Assembly: GCA_035193785.1 (NCBI GenBank)
Contig: CP136572.1
Location: 3,092,578 to 3,156,577 of the forward strand
Origin: Planktothrix sp. GU0601_MAG3
GTDB lineage: Bacteria; Cyanobacteriota; Cyanobacteriia; Cyanobacteriales; Microcoleaceae
Length of the DNA stretch: 64,000 bases
Reading direction: 5' to 3'
The number at the start of each line of letters is the position of its first letter. Positions within the stretch are counted from its first letter, which is position 1. The notes beneath the pieces are model-generated. The model did no database searches. It was not told where the DNA came from and saw only the letters and a list, made by a program, of their open reading frames with translations. The translations under genes and the position numbers were made by a program. Shown here in pieces: positions 56,632-64,000 of the stretch.

Positions 56632-57964
56632 CTATTTCAAAGCATTTAACGCTTCCAAAGGTCGCACCATCCCCCAACCCCAACGGTTATCGGGACGTTG
56701 TTCTTCTCCACCCGGATGATAGGCGGTTTTCTTCAAAACATCAATAATTTTACTCAACGGCGCCTGGGGATAAGCTGACATCAATAACGCCACAATTCCG
56801 GCGATATGGGGTGTGGCCATGGACGTCCCATCCATGTAGGTATATTGAAAAACGCCGTTATCCATTTTCACCGGGGGAATACAGGAATAAATCTGGACGC
56901 CGGGGGCGGAAACATCTGGTTTTGTCACCCAGGCGTTAGGAGAGTCCACAGGAAAGACCAAACTGGCGCCACTGCTAAAAAAAGTAATTCCCAAATTATC
57001 CGTCTCAATTTGTTCGACAGCGCCCACAGAAAAGGCATTATAAGCATTACCCGGAGAACTGGTATTTCCGTGGTTTTCGTTGCCAATAGCAACAACGGGT
57101 AAAATCCCATATTGATTAACTAAAATATCAAAGATTTGGGGAAATAGGGGCTCATAGTAACTCAAACCCAAGGACATATTAATAATTTTTGCTCCTTTTT
57201 CCACCGCCCAAGATATCCCTTCAATTAAAGTTAATAAAGTCGCTTCTCCTACTAATACCCCGGCGACAATTAAATCTGCTTGGGGTGCGACACCAATAGA
57301 TAAACCCTGCTCGGTTTTTCCCCCGGCAATTGTCCCGCAAACATGGGTTTCCATGTTGTCCACTATCAAAGCTGGGACTAGCAGTAATTCGACGTCCTAA
57401 CGGGTCGATAACAATAAAATCTTTTACCCGTCCTTGTAATGCGGGATGGTCTCCATAAACACCGGAGTCTAATACCGCCACGGTAACATTTTGTCCTTGG
57501 GTTATTTCCCAAACTTTAGGAATTTCTAAGCGTTTTAATCCCCAGGTTATTGTATCCTGTTCCTCTTGTTTTTGCAAGCCTGAATAATCAATTTCTTTGG
57601 GTTCAATTAAATGGATTTTTTGGTTAGGAAGAATCGCTACAACGTCGGGATGTTCGGCTAAAATTGGTAAACTTTGACGGGTAACTTCCATTTTGGTAAC
57701 GGGTAAAACCCCCTGACCAACGGGCTGTGTATAAAAGGATTGACGGGTGGTATTTTGATAATCATTAATAATTTTAGTGGAAATGGCTTGATTACTTTGT
57801 TCTTGTTTTTTTAGCGTATCAAAATATGCGGCTGTTCCAGCTTGAGGCATTGACCCAGGAGCAACTAAACCTCTATAAATAACGATAGCATCTTTTCTGG
57901 CATTGGGTTGACTATGGGCTAAGAAAGGTTCAAAAGCCGAGGAAATTTTAGATTGATTTGTCAT
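56632..57964 (-). CDS. S8 subtilisin-like serine protease (split near 57348)
   Basis: Catalytic triad VAVLDSGV, HGTHVCG (repaired), GTSMATPH. Confidence 0.92.
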
Positions 57965-58119
57965 TGGGGTTTGACTCCGTTTTAATTGTTATTTTCTTTT
58001 GTTGACTAAGTTTTTAAGATTCTGGGTAATTTTAACCATTGGCAGAGATTCAGTATTGTTGTAGGATAAAACAATTCTCACGATCATTGATTATCTTAAC
58101 TTGAAATTAAGCATTAAGC

Positions 58120-59503
58120 ATGAAAAATAAAGATCAAAAACTCCATCCCGGTTGGTGGATTTCAATTTTATATTTTGCCCAAGGATTTCCCTATACCGTT
58201 GTTAATATCATGTCGGTGGTTTTTTTAAAAGGTTTGGGGGCGAGTAACGAATTAATTGGATTAACCAGTTTTTTATCCTTGCCTTGGGTAATGAAAGGAT
58301 TATGGGGGCCAATTGTTGATATTTATTCAACCAAACGGCGATGGATTTTAAGAATGGAAATCTTATGTACAATCCTATTCTTAATTTTAGCATTGGGGGC
58401 ACTATTTCCGCAAGCTATTCCGATTTCTATTGCAATTTTTGCCCTAATTGCTTTTATTAGTGCCACCCATGATATAGCCATTGATGGGTTTTATTTAACG
58501 GTGTTAAATTTAGACCAACAGGCTTTTTATGTCGGGGTTAGAAATACCGCTTATCGGATGGCAGTTTTAGCCGGAGGTGGGGGTTTAGTATTTTTAGCGG
58601 GAAATATTGCTGAAAAATATAGTAATGGAAAAAGTCCGACGGGGGAAATTTTATATAACCCAGTTTCAGTTTAATTTTTTGGGGTCTAGTTTTTCCATTC
58701 ATCCGTTACAATGGGGATGGTCAATTGCTTTTTCTGTAGCTAGTTTAATCTTTTTATTCATCTACGGATTTCAGAGAATATATTTACCCAGACCTCAAAA
58801 AGTCACCTTTTCAGAAACAGAAAATCTCTCCAATTCTGCTAATTTTATTAACTCATTTAAAACCTATTTTACTCAATATAAAATTGGTTGGACTATCGCT
58901 TTTATCTTATTATTCCGTTTAGGAGATGCTTTAACTTTCAAAATGGCAACTCCGTTTTTAATGGATACGGCTGCAAAAGGTGGGTTAGGAATTACAACCG
59001 CCGAAATCGGAATTTTATCGGGGACGGTTGGGGTAATTTCCCTATTATTTGGAGGGTTATTAGGAGGGTTTTTAATCGCTAAACAAGGGTTAAAAACCTG
59101 GATATGGCCGATGGCAATTTTACAAAATTTTACTAATATCTTTTATTGGTTATTAGCTAAAACTCAACCGGAAATTATTTGGGCCTATGTTGTTAATTCC
59201 CTGGAACAATTTACCTATGGTTTAGGAGTAGCCGCCTATACGGTATTTTTAATGCAAACTGTCCGTCCTGAATATAAAGCTTCCCATTATGCAATTACAA
59301 CGGCATTTATGGCGGCTGGAGTATTAATTCCGGGGGTATTTAGTGGATATATTCAAGCAAATTTAGGCTATCAAAACTACTTTTTATTGAGTGCAATGGC
59401 GGTAATTCCAGGGTTATTAACTATTTTCTTTATTCCGATTAAAGATCAAAATCATATTAGTTATGTTCCCAGACCTGGACTTGATGATGAAGACATCAAA
59501 TAA
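58120..59503 (+). CDS. AmpG-like MFS permease (split near 58664)
   Basis: LYFAQGFPY, LPWVMKGLWGP, SATHDIAIDGFY, YKASHYAITT. Confidence 0.85.
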
Positions 59504-59520
59504 AACACCAAATTAAAAAC

Positions 59521-59570
59521 CGTTGTTGGGCTTCAGCCCTCCAAATATTGAGGGCTAAAGCCCAACAACG
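59521..59570. terminator. long inverted repeat between convergent genes
   Basis: CGTTGTTGGGCTTCAGCCCTC / GAGGGCTAAAGCCCAACAACG. Confidence 0.6.
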
Positions 59571-59577
59571 AACTTTT

Positions 59578-60714
59578 TTAGAGGACGGCGATGCACTCAA
59601 TTTCTACTAATACATCTTTGGGGAGACGGGACACTTCAACGGTCGCCCTAGCGGGTGCAGTTTCGGGTTTAAAATATTTAGAATAGACTTCATTAACTTG
59701 GGTAAAATCGTTCATATCTTTTAAGAATATTGTGGTTTTAACTACGTTTTCCCAGGTGGCGCCCGCTTCGGTTAATACCGCTTCTAAATTTGCCATGACT
59801 CTTTCGGTTTGTTTGGTGACATCATCGGGATAAAGAATGTCGTTAACGCGGGGGTCAATGGCAATTTGTCCTGATAAAAAGATCATATTATTGACCATTA
59901 CCGCTTGATTATAAGGGCCAACGGGTTTGGGTGCGTTTTCGGTTTTAATGATTTTACGAGTCATCACAGTTTGTTTTTCTTCTCCGATAATAATTGTATA
60001 ATTGTCTGGGTCATTAATACAAGAATCAGGCATTACAGTAGCTAAGGTTTCAGCATCTTCAAAGTTAGCCAAATAGATATTAGCTAAATTTAGTCTAGCA
60101 CCAATGAAGCTGGCTTTTTCAACATTAGCTCTAATCAAATTAGCCTTTTTAAGATTTGCCAACTTCAAGTTAGCATTTTTCAAACAAGCATAACTTAGAT
60201 TTGCAAATTCAAGATTGGCAAATGTAAAATCTGCACCTGTTAAATCTAAATGCGATAAGTCAGCTTCTTGAAGATTAGTATTAACAAAATTTGCCCTCTG
60301 AAAATTTACCTCTACAAATTTTTGACCTCCCAGATTTAAAGCACTGAGATCAGCTTCTGCAAAATTAGCTCCAGTTAACTTGCAATTACTAGATAAAGAA
60401 ATATTTCTTAAATCTGCACCTTGTAAATCCGCATATTCAAAATTAGTATAAGCTATAATTGATTTTTGCAAATCAGCTTCCGTAAGTATTGCTTGACTAA
60501 AATTCGTTTCTCTTAAGTTAGCTGAATCTAAACAAGCGTTACTCAAATTAGCTGAAATTAGTATTGTTTTGGTCAAGTTAGCTTTTGTCAAATCTGCTTC
60601 TTTAAGGTTAATTCCTGTTAAATCAGCATTTTGTAAGTCTACTCCACAAAGTTCTACGCCCTCAAAATCTCGTTCACCTTGTGCATATTTCTCTAACAAT
60701 TCTTTAGCATCCAT
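59578..60714 (-). CDS. pentapeptide-repeat protein fused to RidA (YjgF/UK114) domain
   Basis: MDAKELLEKYAQGERDF plus pentapeptide repeats; C-terminal APKPVGPYNQAV...SGQIA...PARATVEVSRLPKDVLVEIE. Confidence 0.88.
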   Translation of the reverse strand: MDAKELLEKYAQGERDFEGVELCGVDLQNADLTGINLKEADLTKANLTKTILISANLSNACLDSANLRETNFSQAILTEADLQKSIIAYTNFEYADLQGADLRNISLSSNCKLTGANFAEADLSALNLGGQKFVEVNFQRANFVNTNLQEADLSHLDLTGADFTFANLEFANLSYACLKNANLKLANLKKANLIRANVEKASFIGARLNLANIYLANFEDAETLATVMPDSCINDPDNYTIIIGEEKQTVMTRKIIKTENAPKPVGPYNQAVMVNNMIFLSGQIAIDPRVNDILYPDDVTKQTERVMANLEAVLTEAGATWENVVKTTIFLKDMNDFTQVNEVYSKYFKPETAPARATVEVSRLPKDVLVEIECIAVL

Positions 60715-60770
60715 AATTCACCTCTTAATTATCCTTGTATTAGTTTATCATTAATATCAACTCCTAAATA

Positions 60771-60893
60771 TCCTCGTTCCAAGGCTCTGCCTTGGAATGC
60801 TAAATAGAGGCTCTGCCTCTATTATAATATTATGATAGTGTTCTGGTGGCAGAGCCACCTTAATTGCATTTCTAGGTAGAACCTAGAAACGAG
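60771..60893 (+). repeat. ~123-bp multi-hairpin REP/MITE-like repeat, copy 1
   Basis: CTCGTTCCAAGGCTCTGCCTTGGAATG...GGCAGAGCC...CCTAGAAACGAG; near-identical to 61486-61607. Confidence 0.88.
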
Positions 60894-60909
60894 TAAAATA
60901 ATGATCAAT

Positions 60910-61166
60910 TTATTTATAAACATCTCCACGAGGCTTAATTAGAGTCACAGTATAAATTTTATTCTCAGGATCAATAACAAACAAAATTTGATAATTTCCC
61001 ACTCTTAAACGCCATTCTGGACGACCTTGTAAAGACTTAATATCAACTAAATTCGATCTTGTTGCAGAAGTTTTAAAGCCCTAATTATTCGGGCTTGATG
61101 CTCTGATGACAGCCGTTTTAAGTAACGTTCTGCGGGTTTCAAAATGATTAAACGCCATTTAGTCAA
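60910..61166 (-). pseudogene. RelE/ParE-family toxin with a 1-nt deletion near 61055
   Basis: TTG start overlaps the antitoxin end. MTKWRLIILKPAERYLKRL...; the shifted frame gives DIKSLQGRPEWRLRVGNYQILF...PRGDVYK. The lesion is not at GAAC/GTTC. Confidence 0.7.
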
Positions 61167-61401
61167 GTTGTCCTCCAAATAATTCAATTTCGATGTCTTC
61201 TAGGGATTTACCAGAATCACGTCCTGCTAAATAGTCTTGTAATGCAACTTCACTTTCATTAATATCTTCAATAGAAATAATCTCATCATCATCAACTTTA
61301 ATCCCTTGTTCAACCATGCCTTTTAGATCATTTAAAAGACGAAGTTGCTCGGTAACGGTTAAACTTTTGACCTGAGTTAAAACTTCATTGTAAGCTGGCA
61401 T
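61159..61401 (-). CDS. putative antitoxin upstream of RelE-like toxin
   Basis: 80-aa acidic protein overlapping the toxin start. Confidence 0.7.
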   Translation of the reverse strand: MPAYNEVLTQVKSLTVTEQLRLLNDLKGMVEQGIKVDDDEIISIEDINESEVALQDYLAGRDSGKSLEDIEIELFGGQLD

Positions 61402-61485
61402 AAATTGTCTGAGGATAGTTTTGCTCTATGTCTATTTTACCTCATTTTCAGATTTTGGCTAGATGGATATGACCCTAACGACTAT

Positions 61486-61607
61486 TCCTCGTTCCAAGGC
61501 TCTGCCTTGGAATGCTAAATAGAGGCTCTGCCTCTATTATAATATTATGATAGTATCTGGTGGCAGAGCCACCTTAATTGCGTTTCTAGGTAGAACCTAG
61601 AAACGAG
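61486..61607 (+). repeat. ~123-bp multi-hairpin REP/MITE-like repeat, copy 2
   Basis: Direct copy of 60771-60893. Confidence 0.88.
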
Positions 61608-61697
61608 AGTTAACGAGAGTTAGGAAGAATTATAAATAATAGCAAATCACTGTTATTATAAAAGATTGAGCATAAATTGATCTAGGAAATCATCAAC

Positions 61698-63258
61698 ATG
61701 GCTACAAATGAAACCCGCAATGAAGTAGAAGTTCGTTCTCATAAAGTCGATGAGTTGAGAGCATTGGGAATAGAACCCTATCCCAGTCATTCGCTGCAAA
61801 GGTCACATACAACCCAGGATATTAAAGACTTATTCGCCCAACCCGGGAAAGAATTAAATGATGGAGAAAGCGACCCCGATGCTATTCCTTTAAAGGTTTG
61901 TGGACGCATTACCTTTAAACGCGATAGTGGAAGTATTGGGTTTATTGGTTTAACCGATGTTGCGGGAACAATTCAACTCAAATTAGAGAAAAAATTAGTT
62001 ACGGGTGAAACAGGATTATCCTTTAATCAGGTTAAAAAATATCTCGATTTGGGGGATTTTGTTGCCGCCGAAGGCATTGGTTGTCGCACTAACCGAGGGG
62101 AATTATCCGTACAGGTGGAACGGATTTTTATTGTTTCTAAAGCCACTATGCCTTTTCCTGATGCCTATTATGGAGTTAATGACCCCGAAACTGTGTCGCC
62201 GTCATCGAGAAATTGATTTAGTTAGTAACTCGAAATCCTTAGAAACCTTTAAAGCTAGAAATCGCATTCTAAAAAGGATGCGTACTTATTTATGGGATAA
62301 TTGTTTTGAGGAATTAGAAACTCCTGTATTACAAGCAATTTATGGCGGGGCGGCGGCTCGTCCTTTTGTTACCCATCATAACAGTTTAGATATTAATTTA
62401 TATCTGCGAATTGCTACGGAATTGCATTTAAAACGGGCAATTTGTGGCGGTTTTGAACGGGTATTTGAAATTGGGCGGGTGTTTAGAAATGAAGGTATTG
62501 ATAGTACCCATAACCCGGAGTTTACCTCGATTGAATTGTATCAAGCCTACGCTGATTATTTTGATCTGATTACTTTAATTGAAGATCTAATTTGTGCGAT
62601 CGCCAAGGATGTTTTAGGAGAACAAACCACACTAGAATATCAGGGAGATGTGATTAGTTTAGAACGGAAATATAACTATTCTGAACAATATCCCACCTTT
62701 ACCGGAAGCCATTGGAAGGTACAAACAATGGTGGAAGCGGTGCGAGAAACCACGGGGTTAGATTTTGATACTTTAGAGTTAGATGAAGCCTTGAAAGCCG
62801 TAGAAAATTTAGGGTTGAATTTATCAAAATTAGAAACCCAAAGTTTAGGATATGTCCTTTATACGGTGTTTGATAAGTTAGTTTCGCATAAATTAATGCA
62901 ACCCACTTTTATTACGGAATTTCCGGTGGAAGTCAGTCCATTAGCTAAACGTCATCGTTCTAAATTGGGATTTGTAGAACGTTTTGAGTTATTTATTCAC
63001 GGGACAGAATATTCTAATGGCTTTTCTGAATTGAATGATCCCGAAGACCAACGCCAACGATTTGAAGCACAATTAACCCAGAAAAATGCCGGAGATGAAG
63101 AAGCTCATCCGATGGATGAAGATTTCATTCAAGCGCTATCTTTAGGGATGCCAAATTGTGGCGGAATGGGGATTGGAATTGATCGGTTAGTAATGTTATT
63201 TACTAATACCGCCAGCATTCGAGATGTGATTATGTTCCCGACCATGCGAACTTTATAA
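61698..63258 (+). CDS. lysS: class II lysyl-tRNA synthetase (split near 62188)
   Basis: OB-fold N-terminus, GGAAARPFVTHHN, LYLRIATELHLKR, FRNEGIDSTHNPEFT, GMGIGIDRLVM. Confidence 0.93.
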
Positions 63259-63408
63259 ATTCTACCCCCCCTTGCTAATGGAGGATAATTTAGATTAATA
63301 TTAATAGAAAAAAATCTTCTGAATTTCCCTCCCATTACCAAGGGGAGAGCTAGGGTGGAGTGCTTTATTTATGTTAAAATTATATTTTGATTGAGGAAAA
63401 CTGGACTT

Positions 63409-63627
63409 ATGGAACGTTCAAAAATTATTGCGTATATTACGGGTGGGATTTCAATTATTTTGGCCTTGGCTTATTTATTAATGGTTTCTATTTTGGATTT
63501 TAGAGGTGAAATGTTACCCGCACCCGTAAGTCAAATTCCATCGACTATATTAGTGGAAAATATAGCGGGGAATCTGAGTGTAAACTTCCAAGCTGTTAAC
63601 GCTAATTTAAAATTAGACGGGATGTAG
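63409..63627 (+). CDS. small conserved cyanobacterial membrane protein
   Basis: MERSKIIAYITGGISIILALAYLLMVSILDFRGEMLPAP; GAGG RBS. Confidence 0.7.
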   Translation: MERSKIIAYITGGISIILALAYLLMVSILDFRGEMLPAPVSQIPSTILVENIAGNLSVNFQAVNANLKLDGM

Positions 63628-63683
63628 AATTTTGACCCTTGACTTTCTAATCCCCAGAATTTCCTGGGATAAGTTGATTTTTT

Positions 63684-63905
63684 TTATTTTTCAATTGTAG
63701 AAATTTCGTCTACAATTTCTATTTGTTTACGAGCAATAGCCCGATAAATTCGAGATAGCGATCGCAATTCTTCTTCGGTTAAATTATCATCAAAAACTGC
63801 TGCTAACAATCCATAACGGTCGGCTAGGGTAACGCGACCTGTTTCGTGAATTTTGGCGAATAATTCACCGAGTGCAGACTCAATTAAACAAATGGGTGCT
63901 TCCAT
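63684..63905 (-). CDS. small conserved cyanobacterial hypothetical protein
   Basis: ELFA...TGRVTLADRYGLLAA...LTEEE motif. Start uncertain. Confidence 0.65.
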   Translation of the reverse strand: MEAPICLIESALGELFAKIHETGRVTLADRYGLLAAVFDDNLTEEELRSLSRIYRAIARKQIEIVDEISTIEK

Positions 63906-64000
63906 GATCTGGTAAGTTGTGGTAGCGGAATTGACGTGATGATGGAGAATCGAGTATTCTTCAAAGTCCACAGTTTCAGCACAAATTCAATAGAATTTTA

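Noticed and set aside
3246..63258. Mass pseudogenisation or programmed frameshifting in about 29 genes
   Set aside because: The breaks hit essential genes and share one GAAC/GTTC context, and both halves remain intact. Systematic sequencing error explains this better.

Overview
This is a 64-kb window of a filamentous, probably non-heterocystous cyanobacterium (Planktothrix/Oscillatoriales-like, by inference). The evidence is many HIP1 GCGATCGC sites, heptamer STRR arrays, ccmP and a short-linker sepJ. Most of it is housekeeping: rplS-trnW-secE-nusG-rplKAJL, leuB, argJ, dxs, lysS, rsmI, cobA, plsY, glycogen-related GH57/debranching genes, signalling genes and TA pairs. Three things stand out. 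(1) A ~6.4-kb insert (47578-54017) is bounded by a perfect 23-bp direct repeat that duplicates the 3' end of ccmP. It carries one five-gene operon: a ~900-aa membrane-anchored helical-repeat protein with 216-bp tandem repeats, a 45-aa TM microprotein, an FtsK/SpoIIIE ATPase, a 72-aa helical protein ending in RWG, and a PD-(D/E)XK-like nuclease whose N-terminus is a paralogue of the 72-aa protein. This is a candidate minimal ESX/T7SS-like export or defence system. (2) About 29 apparent frameshifts, including in essential genes, all fall at GAAC/GTTC read as GAAAC/GTTTC. This is a motif-specific sequencing error that may betray a GAAC/GTTC DNA modification such as Dnd phosphorothioation. (3) Three tandem gifA (IF7) copies lie behind an NtcA box. 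All family assignments come from recognising motifs by eye; no searches were run.
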